Shown here one piece after another: positions 1 to 12,208 of a DNA stretch of 64,000 nucleotides. Made by a program: the position numbers and the translations under genes. Source of the DNA: Octopus vulgaris (Eukaryota). How positions within the stretch are numbered: the stretch's first letter is position 1; every line of letters begins with the position of its first letter. The notes beneath the pieces were generated by a model. That model saw nothing but the letters and a program-made list of their open reading frames with translations. It was not told where the DNA came from and made no database searches. The stretch covers positions 48,422,001 to 48,486,000 of the forward strand of contig OX597815.1 in assembly GCA_951406725.2 (NCBI GenBank), in the 5' to 3' direction.

Positions 1-199
1 TTCCTGGCTCTGAGTAAAAGAAAATACAGGAAGATCAGTTAATTATGATTTTATTGAACACATTCCCCTTCTCAGATTCGCACAGTTATTGCAGCAGACT
101 CTCAGTTTTTCTAAGCCTTGTAAAAGAACTCAGAAGGTTGTTGGGCCTCTAACCAAGTCTTTCATGAAACCATTAAAGCCAAGAACATTTTAGCACCAC

Positions 200-205
<6 letters not shown>
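1..205 (-). mobile_element. Mariner-derived MITE; left TIR cut by the window edge
   Basis: ttcctggct at 1-9 is the inverted counterpart of agccaagaa at 177-185, which lies in the terminal segment ending agcaccacctcata next to (TA)n. The minus strand retains a frameshifted mariner C-terminus (FFY..LEKL..CN.C.NLR.....*). Confidence 0.65.
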
Positions 206-245
<40 letters not shown>

Positions 246-410
246 ATTGATATAGGATAAAATTTTTTTTGGGAAAAAAAATTTTATCAATGGCCAGCAT
301 ATCAAAAAATGCCTTTAAAGGTAAAATTTATACATAATTTACAAGATAAGGGCAGAAGAAAAATTCTAATGCCAGATACTCCGAAACAAAAAATTGTCGA
401 TAACCATTAA

Positions 411-413
<3 letters not shown>

Positions 414-453
<40 letters not shown>

Positions 454-460
454 CATACAC

Positions 461-545
<85 letters not shown>

Positions 546-555
546 TATATATATA
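414..555. repeat. (TA)n/(CATA)n microsatellite
   Basis: Directly visible. Confidence 0.95.
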
Positions 556-1711
556 TCAATTATAATCAAAGATAAATTCTATATAGGATTTTATCCTTGT
601 TTATAATTGATAAATATGTATTCACTTCAACCAAATTTATTCACTGCTGAATTACTTTGATGAATGCACTAGATTTTTAACTTGTGTAAACATTTTTATA
701 TGCACTCTGGATACGTTGTATATGTTTATAATTATGTACTTTTGCTTATGGTAAAGTGGTATTACATCACTAAACCAGAAATCCATCTAAGGCTAAACTT
801 TTTTGTTCATTCCTTTGCTTTCAGAGCCAGCCATTTGACTTTATTTTCTGGCATGTAGCATTACAGTGTAGTTGCCCTTAATATAATTTTATAATTATAT
901 TTATAAAATTATATATATGTATGTATGTATATGTATATATTCTTTGTTTGTCTCTCTCTCTCTCTCACTTTTACTTGATCTGTCCCCTTCTCTCTCTACT
1001 CATCCTCTTTTTCTCTTCTCTTTCCTCTGATTCTTTGGTCTAATCTTCCACTACCTTCCTATTTCTTTGTCTCGCTCTGCACTCACAGGTCGCTCTTCGA
1101 CACCCATCCCTTCTCCTCTCTGATTCCTTCTTTCTCTCTCTTCTCTCTCTTTGTTGCGTTTGTCCCTCCTCTCTCTCTCTCTTCCGTTGCTTCTCTTTCT
1201 TTTCTTTTCTCTCTTCTCTGTCACGTGACTGCTGGCCGAAATCTGCCTTTCAGCTTCTGACCAGCGTCGTGTTAACATCGTTGTTTTTCGTCCGCCGCTA
1301 TAGGCATCGCCGATAAGGCTCCTTTCCTTGCGCCAGAGAAAAAAATTGTTTGCTTGTTATCAGTCGTAAGACACTTGTTGTTGTTTTCACCGTTAATGCT
1401 TCTGTATTTCATGTTTCTGTATTCCATTATTTTTTGTTTTTTTATATTCGTCCCTTTTGCTGTCCTGGTGTCCGTATGCATTTGATCCTTCTTCCAGGAA
1501 ATCTACGCTCCCAGCTTAGTTTTTCTAATGCTCGTTGCTTAGTTTTTCTTGGAGGGCTGGCCGTGATCTAGTAATCTCAAGATTAATCAGCCGAAATTAC
1601 TACGATGATCCGGTTCTTGACTGAAGACTGAGGGTTTCGAATGTCCTGTCCGTGTTTATTGTATCGTCTTCTTGAGTTATACGTTCTTGTCCATGTTGTA
1701 TTTTTCATACC

Positions 1712-1759
<48 letters not shown>

Positions 1760-1786
1760 TATATGTATATATATATACAATGGACT

Positions 1787-1925
1787 TCTTTCAGTTTCCA
1801 TCTACCAAATCCACTCTCAAGGCTTTGATCAGCCTGAGGCTATAGAAGACATTTGCTCAAGGCACCACACAGTGGGACTGAACCTGAATTAACGTGGTTG
1901 GGATGCAAACTTCTTACCTGTACCT
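1787..1925 (-). mobile_element. tRNA-derived SINE family A, head
   Basis: Matches the other copies in the window (ggttcagtcccactg...caccttgggcaagtgtcttctactatagcc...ggaaactgaaagaag), with B-box-like GGTTCAGTCCC. Confidence 0.8.
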
Positions 1926-2794
1926 ATAGTTATATATCAGCTCATACAAGATTATCCATTCTTGAAAATATTTGTGCTGTACTGTATATTAGATGAGACA
2001 TGTTTTTTACGACTATATAAGTTCTAAAATCATGGTGTGTATGATACATAATAGCATATCTGTGTAATTATACATAAACTTTTATACCAATCTACTTAAA
2101 GTAGAAGAAGATTTGTACTAACTGCATGATTATGAAATAATACTGTGAGACTTACTATACAGTAAAGAATTGTTCTGAAACATATTGAGATTACTTAAGT
2201 TAAAGAACTAGAAAACTCATTTGTTGTTTAGAATGTTCTGGACAGTTCATTACAGGCTATTTGAAGATGAAAAAAAAAATGTACCTATTGAATTGTATAA
2301 TTTTCATTATATTTTGTTTTACTTATTCTGTGTTGTCTTTTGCAGTTTTATTTTTCTTTTATTTTATTTTTGAAATTATTCCAAGAAGAAATTATGGAGA
2401 TTTAAAACAGAATATTTGTTGTTATATATTTTTGATTTTTTTTCCTCATTCTTTTAATAATATCTTAAATATTTCATTTGCTCACTCCCTGTCAGTCTCC
2501 CTCTCATTCTCCATGCACGTAAACTCACATATTCTCACACCAACACTTATGCATACACATACATACAGATATGTGTCTATGTGTGTGTATGAATATATAT
2601 GATGGGGGATGCATTTTATATATGTGTGTGTGTGTATATATATACACACACACACAAGCACACACACATGTACAGCTTTGATTCCTTTTTCTCTCTCTCT
2701 CCCTCTCTCCCTGCCAATTTGATGTTCTTAACTTTTGGTTTTAGTGTCTACTTTATGTTTCTTATAAGAACAACAAGAATATTGACAAAAACAC

Positions 2795-2871
<77 letters not shown>

Positions 2872-2945
2872 TAATAATAATGATAATGATAATAGCAGCA
2901 ACAACAATAATACCAACAACAATAACAACAGCAACAATGACAACA
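2795..2945. repeat. (AAT)n/(AAC)n microsatellite
   Basis: Directly visible. Confidence 0.95.
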
Positions 2946-3228
2946 AGAATTGTGAACAAAGACATCTACCATGTCAGAAAGGACACACTTATGTATTAGT
3001 GCCAAACAAGTTCTTGGAGAATTTATCGGTCACTCAATTCTAAGGATAAAAAAGATGAATAACTAAAAAAAAAATTTTTTGAAATAATCAACAAAATGGC
3101 AAAACAAAACAGAATGGAACAAAGTAAATAAAGCTCACGGAGGCACCAGTTTGACTAGTGGGTTTATACAAGTCATTTCTTCATTGAATGAGAACAATAC
3201 CGTCTCTCAAGGACAATAAAATATTACA

Positions 3229-3326
3229 TTATTTTGGCAGGCAAAGCAGAAGACAAATCGGCAGTGTAGTCATGAAATTAATAAGAAATATAGGCAGCAT
3301 CCTTTTGCTGGTTTTGTACTGGTTTT
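3229..3326 (-). CDS. Candidate terminal exon, (E)NQYKTSKRMLPIFLINFMTTLPICLLLCLPK*, with a GPI-signal/tail-anchor-like hydrophobic end
   Basis: Acceptor cttgtttctttag|, phase 1, open to TAA at 3229-3231, in non-repetitive sequence. No homology recognised. Confidence 0.3.
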
Positions 3327-3572
3327 CTAAAGAAACAAGTCTGTCCATCCATCTCCAGTCTTTGTCATGTATATATCATATATCATATATATATATATAT
3401 ATGTATGTATGTATGTATGTGTGTATATATGTATATTTATGTAGAGAGGGAGAGAGAGGGGGATGAGAGAGAGAGATTTATATATGCAGGAATATGTGTA
3501 CACACAAGACACATATATCAGTGTCTGTGTATGTTTATGCTTCTGTGTATACACACACACACATGAACATAC

Positions 3573-3732
3573 AGGCATGGTTATGTGGTAAGAAGCTTGC
3601 TTTCTAACCACATCGTTCTAGGTTTGGCTCCACTGTGTTCCACTTTGTGCAAGTGTCTTCTACTATAGCCTCGGGTCAATCAAGGCCTTGTGAGTGGATT
3701 TATTAGACACCAACTGAAAGAAGCCTGTCGTA
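3573..3732 (+). mobile_element. tRNA-derived SINE family A, head
   Basis: ggcatggttatgtggtaagaagcttgc...caactgaaagaagcctgtcg, followed by a TA/TG microsatellite. Confidence 0.8.
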
Positions 3733-3889
3733 TATATCTGTGCGTGTGTGCATGTGTGTGTTTATATATATATATTCATAAAAATGGTAAGACAACAAAA
3801 AAATGAAAGAGACCTCGATATTATGTAAATAGAGGAATTTATCTGTAAATGTAATATGTGACAATGATTTTCATAGCATTTTTCCGATG

Positions 3890-3959
3890 GCCAGATAACT
3901 GAAGAGATGGCAGCTTGGATTTTCACCTTGACATCCGAAACTTGGAGTTTTATCATGGC
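3890..3959 (+). ncRNA. Type I hammerhead ribozyme motif in a TA-flanked PLE-type insertion (about 3770-3995)
   Basis: gataa-CTGAAGA-gatg...catc(c)-GAAAC-ttgga-GTT-ttatc. Helix I gataa/ttatc extends with gcca/tggc. Confidence 0.65.
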
Positions 3960-4424
3960 TACCGAATAATTGTCACATATTTCATTTACAGATATCTATC
4001 TATCTATCTATATATATATATATATATATATATACCTATACATTTATACACAGAATCACATACGCATAACAATGGTTTCAAATTTTTGCACAGGGCTCTC
4101 AGTTTTTGAGTGAGGGGAAAGCCAATTACATTGCTCCCCCAGTAATTGACTGGTATTTATTTTATTGAATCCAAAAGTATGGAAGGCAATGTCAACCTTA
4201 GTAGAATTTGAAATCCGGATGGAAAGATGGGCATTTTGTTCAGGAAGCCAAAAATTCTGTCAGCTTATCTCCTAACACATACACACACATATAATATTAC
4301 AGATTACATATATATATGTACCTATGTATATATATTACATACATATTTTATATATGTGTACATATATATAATATGTACACATTAAATGTATATGTATGTA
4401 TATATATATATATAGGTATGTTGA

Positions 4425-5058
4425 TGCAACCAAGGAAAATAGAGCTCAAAATATGAGTATATGTATATTTTTATTAATATTTAGAAGTAACAGAAGTAAC
4501 TCAAGGTCTGATAAGTGCCAGTGCATGAAACTCTCAATCTTTGTGTCAATCTATTACTCCTGCTAAATATTAATATACAGCATTAGACAGTTTAGCTCTT
4601 ATTTCTAGCAATGTAGGTGTTTATAATACCTTCAGTCATATTTAATGATGATTATAATTCTCCTTTTTGGTACACATTTGCTTACTGTTGCTTAAATCAA
4701 TTATTTGCCTACACACTAGAGATTCACTAAATCATGCATAGATTTCTATGGTGTAGATATATATGCTTGCAGTGATCCTCGTCCAGGAACAGACAAGTTG
4801 GGCTGATCCCAGTGAAGAGGTTATGGCACAAAAACGAAAATGGATTGATCAGTCTGAGAATATTCCTACCATTGCTTTTTGGCTGACTATGGTCCCTGTC
4901 AGCATGTATGTATACAATTATGTGCTTTGTTGCAGCATTAGGGTGCTTCACTCTTATTTCTAGCATTGTAGGTGTTTAAAACACCCTCAATCATATTTGA
5001 TGATGGTCATGGTTTTCCTCTTTGGTACACATTGCTTACTGCTGCCTAAATTAATTAT
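4425..5058 (+). mobile_element. TA-flanked PLE-type remnant with ~110-bp direct repeats and a decayed hammerhead
   Basis: Direct repeats at about 4597-4703 and 4951-5058. ctgataa-gtgc-cagt-gcat-gaaac at 4508-4531. Confidence 0.45.
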
Positions 5059-5639
5059 ATATATATATGAATATATGTGTGTTTATGTGCATGAATATGT
5101 GCATATTTATTTACATACATATGTACATGTTTATGTATACGTGCTTATACTGTCTCCTCTCATAAGCTCGTCTTCCTAGCATTCATAATAATTTTTCTAT
5201 CATCTTAGCTTAACAGCCCTCACCATTTGTTTTTACTGTTTTGTTCTCACTGTCCTGTTCTTGTTACCACTTTCACCCTCTGCAAAAAATCCCAAATTTT
5301 ATTTAATTTGCTTTGCGGGAAGGACTGTTTCAATGAAGTCACGTATTGCCCTTGCCTTCAAAATGCGGAGTAGGTGAAACAGGGACAGCTGTAGAAGGGA
5401 ATATTCTTTATGTTGCATGTCTTGTTTCTCTGTTTTATTCCTTGTTCGAATAAAAGTTTGTTTCTATATTTTTGTTTTTATGTTTTCGTTTTTCATTGTG
5501 TTCAATGTTTTTTGATGTCCTGTACCTATATATGCATGTATATATACATATATATGTAGGTATGTACAGATATGTATGTATATATGCATATATTTATATA
5601 TTATTTATATATTATTATTTATATATTATATACATATAT

Positions 5640-6255
5640 ATTTCATCATTTACTTGTTTTGGTCATTTGACTGTAACTATTTTGGGGCACTGCCTTGAAG
5701 AATTTTAGTCAACCAAATCGACCCCAGTACTTTTTTTTAAAGCCTAGTACTAATTCTATCAGTCTTTTGCTGAATCACTAAGTTATGGGGATGGAAACAA
5801 AGCAATAATAGTTGTCATGTGGTGGCGGCAAGCTGGCAGAAACGTTAGCATGCCGGGCAAAATGCTTAGCTGTATTTCGTCTGCCATTATGTTCTGAGTT
5901 CAAATTCCGCCGAGGTTGACTTTGCCTTTCATCCTTTCGGGATTGATTAAATAAGTACCAGTTACTCACTGGGGTCGATATAATCGACTTAATCCATGTG
6001 TCTGACCTTGTTTGTCCCCTCTATGTTTAGTCCCTTGTGGGTAGTAAAGAAATAGGTGGGGGACAAGCATATGCACAGAGACATACACACACACATAATG
6101 GGATTCTTTCAGTTTCAAAATCCAGTTAAAATGCTTTGGTTGGCCAGAAGCTATACATGAAGATACTTACCCAAGATATCATGCAGTGGGACTGAACCCA
6201 GAACCATGCTGTTTGGAAGCAAATTCCTTACCACAAAACTACACCTGCACCTATA
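5640..6255 (-). mobile_element. SINE family A (bipartite), interrupted by a family B SINE
   Basis: Tail half 5640-5795 and head half 6100-6255 match the full copies at 32480-32875 and 52685-53095. Confidence 0.75.
5824..6056 (+). mobile_element. tRNA-derived SINE family B (MetaSINE-like central domain)
   Basis: ggcggcaagctggcagaaacgttagca...gagttcaaattcc (B box)...gcctttcatcctttcggga..gat.aaataagtaccag. Further copies at about 4072-4270(-), 20300-20520, 44232-44630(-), 48434-48654, 49006-49220, 53695-53908, 55712-55930(-) and 63400-63790. Confidence 0.8.
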
Positions 6256-6264
6256 TATACATAG

Positions 6265-6420
6265 GTGCAGGCATAGCTGCATGGTTAAGAAGATTGCTTC
6301 CCAGTTACATGGTTTGAGATTCAGTTTCACTGCATGGCACCTTAAGCAAGTAATACTGTAGCCCCAAGTCAACCAGTCTTATGAGTAGATTTGGTTGATG
6401 GAAACTGAAAGAATCCCATT
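6265..6420 (+). mobile_element. SINE family A, head
   Basis: Similar to the other family A heads; followed by (TA)n. Confidence 0.75.
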
Positions 6421-6449
6421 GTGTATATATATATATATATATATTTATA

Positions 6450-6915
6450 TAATAATCATAATTTCTTAAGTAACCAGGAGATAGATTTGGTAATAACCTT
6501 TATTTTGTACAACGGTCTTTTCGACCATCCTAATACTGCCCTTATGGGTGGGACTCCATTCAACATGCATTGCATCCATTTTTCAGTCTGGGTCTCATCA
6601 GGTACATCAATACATAAAATTGTGTCTCTCTAAAGATCCTGAGTTTCAGCTGTCATGGTGTTATATGCCCATGAGGGACAGTGGCAGGATGGGTTGAAAC
6701 AACAGTTGTACAAAATAAAGATTAATACCAAATCCAACTTCTGGTTACTTAAGAAATTATTATTATTATCTCAACTAACACTGCGGAGTTCCTGAAGTAG
6801 ATCCAATGGAAATATATCCCAACTGTGGATGACACTAGGTTGCCCAAACTGTGTCAGTGCTCTACTCAACACTTCAACACACTAATTGACATATACCATT
6901 AGTCCAAAATATAAT
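6450..6915. mobile_element. PLE-type fold-back insertion in (TA)n: inverted arms about 6450-6549 and 6666-6768, plus a unique tail
   Basis: ataatttcttaagtaaccag...tttattttgtacaac versus gttgtacaaaataaa...ctggttacttaagaaattat. Arms are diverged. Confidence 0.75.
6506..6606 (-). ncRNA. Type I hammerhead ribozyme motif with long helix II
   Basis: Minus strand: tgtac-CTGATGA-gacc...(~68 nt)...ggtc-GAAA-agacc-GTT-gtaca. One helix III mismatch; the sister arm has GAAAC. Confidence 0.7.
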
Positions 6916-6922
6916 ATATATA

Positions 6923-7870
6923 TCATCATCATCATCATCATCGTTTAACGTCCGTTTTTCATGCTGGCATGGGTTGGACAGTTTGACTGGGGACTGGCAA
7001 GCCAGGTAGCCTCTCCAGGCTCCAATCTGATCTGGCAATGTTTCTACAGCTGGATGCCCTTTCTAATGCCAACCACTCTGAGAGTGTAGTGGGTGCATTT
7101 TATGTGCCATCAACATGAGAGTCAGTCAGGTGGCACTGGCATCGGCCACGTTCAGATGTTGCTTTGTATGTGCTACTGGCACAGGAGTCTTTCGGGGAGG
7201 TGGGGGGCTGGCATTGACCATGTTTGGATGGTGCTTTTTACATGCCACCGGCATGGAGAGCCAGTAAGATGGCTCTGGCAACGACCCATGCATGAATAGT
7301 GCTTATTGCGTGTCACCAGCATGAGAGCCAGTCAGGTGGCACTGGCATCACCCACAATTGCAATTTCCATTTGATTGTGATATGATTTTTTATTTTGATT
7401 TTGATTTTGATTTTAGTTAATCCAATAGGTCTCCTCAAGCATGGCGTGTCACTCAACGATTCAAAGGTACTTTTTAAATGGACTGGTTATGTGACACTGG
7501 TATAGGCTATGGCTGTGATCTCACTTTACTTGCTGGGTCTTCTCAATCACAGTATATCTCCAGAGATCTTGGTCTTTTGTCATTGCCTCTGTGAGGCCCA
7601 ACATTTGATGGTCATGCTTCACCACCTCATCCTAGGTCTTCCTGGGTCTCCCTCTTCCATGGGTTACTTTCACTGTTAGGGAATGACACGTCTTCACACA
7701 GCTCTCCTCATCCATACGTAGCACATGACCATACCATTGCAGTCATCTCTCTTGCACACCACATCTGATGCTTCTTATGTCCAACAGTTCTCTCAGGGTG
7801 CTTACACTCTGTCATGTGTGCACACTGACATTACACATCCAGTGGATCATACTAGCTTCATTTCTTTCAT
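6923..7870 (-). mobile_element. RTE LINE 3' fragment (end of RT ORF, 3'UTR, (GAT)n tail)
   Basis: Homologous to 59962-60850. (CAT)n-cgtttaacgtccg end. Confidence 0.85.
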
Positions 7871-7874
7871 TTCA

Positions 7875-9080
7875 AGCATTACTCAACTTAAGTCATTTAC
7901 GTCATTCTTGATTATATGTCAGTTTTCAGAAATAATACATGGAAAAATAAAAATCAAGTCGACTTTATGCCTGTCCACCACAAATATTAGAATCGTAAAA
8001 TCTCTAGAAAACCATTTAAAGCACATAAAATCATGTTACTGTACAATAAATAAGAATACAAGCATATAAAATCATATTAAAATATGTACAGTAAATGTTA
8101 AGATACACATCATAAAGTTGTGTAGCTTAGTGAACAGAATCATGAAATCAGCTGTGTTGTCTTATTTATCGGTCTTTTGCAGTTCATATTGCAGTGGAGT
8201 TCCAATATCTACTGTTAGGTGTCGTTATCACTTGTGATTCCCACGATTGTTTTGAATTCAGATTTGTTTACATCTGTTTATCGGCTACTTTCTCATTTTT
8301 AATCACTTGTGATTTTATTTTTTGCCCCCCTGGCTTCTAAAGAAATTCATAGTGAAAGTACAAAGCATCTTGCTACAACGCTGGAAGATAAACTGTCTAG
8401 GATAAAATGCCATGAAAAAGGTGTGAAAAAGTGGTAGCAATTGCACGATCTTTTGGGATGAGTTGGGCAACTGTATCAATGATTGTAGATAATGACAAGA
8501 TTTTAGCATATATCAAATCTGAAGCTCGAGGGATGAAGAACACTGTCATCTATAAGGAAAGAGGCAAAATCTTTGAAGAAATGGGAAGTCTTCTTTTTCT
8601 TTGGATTGTTAGGTTGAATCGCCAGTGTGCTTATTATTAGTCAAGAAATCATTCTAGAGAAAGCGTCGTCTTTGTTTGAGGACCTGAAGAAAAAATATCC
8701 AGATGAGATAGATGTAGAGTTCAAGGCAAATCAAGGATGGTTCATGAGATTTAAAGAGTGAAGAAGTTATCACTCCATTAAGAAGCAAGGTGAAAGTGCA
8801 TCAGCTGACAAACAAGTAGCAATGGAATTTCCTAATGCATCAATGAAAATCAGCGAAGAAAGCGGGTTTCTTCCTGAACAGATTTTTAACATAGACAAAA
8901 CTGAATTGTATTGGAAAAAATTGCTAGACTGTTCATTCATTTCCAAGGAAAAAACTATTCCAGGCTACAGGGTCTCAAAAGAACATGTGACCATTATGTT
9001 GGGGGGTAATTGTGCAGGAGATTTTAAGTTAAAGCCATTGCTTGTGTATCAGCCATATAATAGGGGCAAAAAAATGTAAC
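7875..9080 (+). mobile_element. Tigger/pogo transposon fossil; transposase about 8330-9060 with stops and frameshifts
   Basis: HTH-psq (IARSFGMSWATVSMI), CENP-B HTH (EFKANQGWFMRFK) and DDE_1 N-part (EQIFNIDKTELYWK...VTIMLGGNCAGDFKLKPLLVY). Outer boundaries approximate. Confidence 0.88.
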
Positions 9081-9750
9081 CATCTAATATTGTTATTACT
9101 TACATCTTGTTTAGAGATTTTAAAACTAGCTATATATATACAACGGAAGACTGGGTCAAAAAATATTGGTTGCCAGGAGACTAAGAGGGCTCACCCGCAA
9201 CTACAATATATATATATATATTGTACAATACAGACTAGAAGGTGATATTTTCAAATGCAGCATTGCCATTAAGACAGCAGAGATAATGCGTAATGTTCAA
9301 TTGTTAAATGTATTTACACCACACACAAAAACACACGTATGCATCATCTAAACCTTGAAATACATGTACACACACATGCACATACACACACATGCACATA
9401 CACACATATATACATACACATGTATATATAAGTATAATTCTGCATAATAGGTACCAGGCTTAAAAAAAACAAAATACTAGGATCTAGTCATTTAAGGAAA
9501 ACTCTTTAAGGCAGTGCCCCAGCATGGTCACAGTCCAATAACTGAAAGAAGTAAAAAGTAATATATATATATATCTATATGTATATTTATAGGCACAGGT
9601 GTGGATGTGTGGTAATAAACTTGCTTCCCGATCACAAGGCTTTGGGTTCAGTCCCACTGTATGACACCTTGGGCAAGTGCCTTCTACTACATCTTCAGGC
9701 TGACCAAAACCTTGTGAATCAATTTGGTAGCTGGAAACTGAAAGAAGCCT

Positions 9751-10635
9751 TTGCGTAAGCTCGCAAGAAATGAAGCTAGTATGCTCCGTTGGATGTGTAA
9801 TGTCAGTGTTCATAGTTCACAGAATGTAAGTACCTTGAGAGAAAAGTTGGACCTAAGAAGCATCAGTTGTTGTGTGCAAGAGAGACAATTGCGCTGGTAT
9901 GGTCATGTGGCGAGAATGGATGAAGATAGGTGTGTGAAAAAGTGCCACACCCTTGCAGTTGAGGGGACCTGTGGAAGAGGTAGAACCCAGGAAAACCTGG
10001 GACGAGGTGGTGAAGCACGACCTTCGAACTTTAGGTCTCACCAAGGAAATGACTAGTGACCGAGACCTATGGAAGTATGCTGTGCGTGAGAAGACCCGGC
10101 AAGACCAGTGAGAACAGTCAAAATCAAAATCAAACCAAATCAAATCAGATATCAGAAAGCAGAACCAAAATCGAGGTCGATCAACATCAGTGGAAATTGC
10201 AGCTGTGGTTAAGCGAACCATCCGATCGTGGTCGTTGCCGGCACCGCCCCGTCTGGCCTCCGTGCCGGTGGCACGTAAAAGCACCATCCATTCGTGTCTG
10301 TTGCCAGCTTCGCCTGGCCCTCGTGCCAGTGGCACGTAAAAGCACCATCTGTTTGTGTCCGTTGCCAGCCTCGCCTGGCCCCCGTGCCAGTGGCACGTAA
10401 AAGCACCGTCTGTTCGTGGCTGTTTGCCAGCTCTGTCCGGCACCTGTGCGGGTGGGACGTAAAAAGCACCCACTACACTCACGGAGTGGTTGGCGTTAGG
10501 AAGGGCATCCAGCCGTAGAAACACTGCCAGATCTGACTGGGCCTGATGAAGCCTTCCGGCTTCACAGACCCCAGTTGAACCGTCCAACCCATGCTAGCAT
10601 GGAAAACAGACGCTAAATGATGATGATGATGATGA

Positions 10636-10638
<3 letters not shown>
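9751..10638 (+). mobile_element. RTE LINE, 5'-truncated
   Basis: RKLARNEASMLRWMCNVSV...LRWYGHVARMDEDRCVKK...GRGR, then tandem-repeat 3'UTR and (GAT)n tail. Confidence 0.92.
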
Positions 10639-10673
<35 letters not shown>

Positions 10674-10678
<5 letters not shown>

Positions 10679-11290
10679 AAATGAGAAAATAGAGAAATAT
10701 ATCCAAATCAATCATCAACTATCAGATAATACCCAATCAATACTTTATTAAACCACTACACAATAGCAATGATATTATACATTAATATAGTACAAATATA
10801 ACAAGACATAGAAATAGAAATAGAAATACATTTACATTGTAGCTGACAGCTGTCTCGGCCGTGAAGACAGGTATGTCTCATTTAACCTATTAGCCATATA
10901 AAGCAGGTATAAATGAGACATTAACGGCCGAAACAGCTGTCAGCTACAATGTAAATGTATTTCTATTTCTATTTCTATGTCTTGTTATATTTGTACTATA
11001 TTAATGTATAATATCATTGCTATTGTGTAGTGGTTTAATAAAGTATTGATTGGGTATTATCTGATAGTTGATGATTGATTTGGATATATTTCTCCATTTT
11101 CTCATTTTGTATTATTAATTTACGGTAAAAATAATTTTACCTTTGCTCACATAATACAGTAGATGAATTAATTGCATCGCAATTTTTAACATTTATGTAT
11201 TAGTTTTGTTGGGTACTTCTCTAGCAGTATATTGGATATATATTATCCCATGGAGGGTTGAATTTACAACCCCTATCTCATTTTATATAC
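10674..11290. mobile_element. Young PLE-type fold-back: 189-bp inverted arms 10674-10862 and 10924-11112, plus tail to about 11290
   Basis: Arms near-identical (2 mismatches seen). Hammerhead 3' half ggcc-GAAAC-agct-GTC at 10926-10941. Flanked by (TA)n. Confidence 0.88.
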
Positions 11291-11326
<36 letters not shown>

Positions 11327-11693
11327 GTATATATGTGTGTGTTTGTGTGTATGTGTGTATGCCTTTGTCCCCTCACCACCACTTCACAACGGGTGCTGCT
11401 GTGAGTTTATATCCCCATAGCTTAGCAGTTCAGCAAAAGGGGTTGAGAGAATAAGTACTGGGTTTTTAAAACTAACTATTAGGGTTGATACATTCAACTA
11501 AAAATTCTTTAAGGCAGTACTCCAGTATGGCCACAGTCTAATGACTGAAACATGCAAAAGATAAAAGATAAGTCTATGTATATTATAAATATATATATAT
11601 ACACATATATATACATATATATATATATATATACGCTTATATATTTGTTTATATATTATTGGCTAAACTGGCAAAATGACCATTCCAAAATAT

Positions 11694-11948
<255 letters not shown>

Positions 11949-12181
11949 TGCACAGAGACATACCATTACATACACACAAGACAAGGGCTTAGAATGAAAT
12001 GGTTTGTAATGAAAATAAAACTTATGGAAAGCTAAATCTGAAGACAATTTTTTTTAATCCTTTCATTATGAAATCAAGGTAGTTTGTGACCAATATTTAT
12101 ATATAACAAGAAAAATACAAAACAGCACCAAAAACCAAACACTAGAATTTGCTTCTTCGTGCTAGGTGGAACTAAACTTAC

Positions 12182-12208
12182 CAACAGCTCTTTTTCTGCA
12201 CTCTTTGC
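12182..12208 (-). CDS. Candidate 27-nt microexon, GCAAAGAGTGCAGAAAAAGAGCTGTTG
   Basis: Consensus donor |GTAAGT. Acceptor has a long T tract, ttttaac branch-like motif and gaaTGCataaag|. Open in all three frames. Confidence 0.5.

Larger units (their letters stand above)
9591..11570 (+). mobile_element. SINE family A split by nested RTE and PLE insertions (head 9591-9750, tail about 11340-11570)
   Basis: Head and tail match the two halves of uninterrupted copies, e.g. 19657-20045. Confidence 0.65.

Noticed and set aside
2769-3043. Asn-rich frame ending ...ENLSVTQF*
   Set aside because: There is an in-frame stop just after the only plausible acceptor, and most of it is an (AAT)n microsatellite.
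5824-5915. tRNA-like A/B boxes here and in the other SINE heads
   Set aside because: No complete cloverleaf; they are part of multi-copy SINEs.
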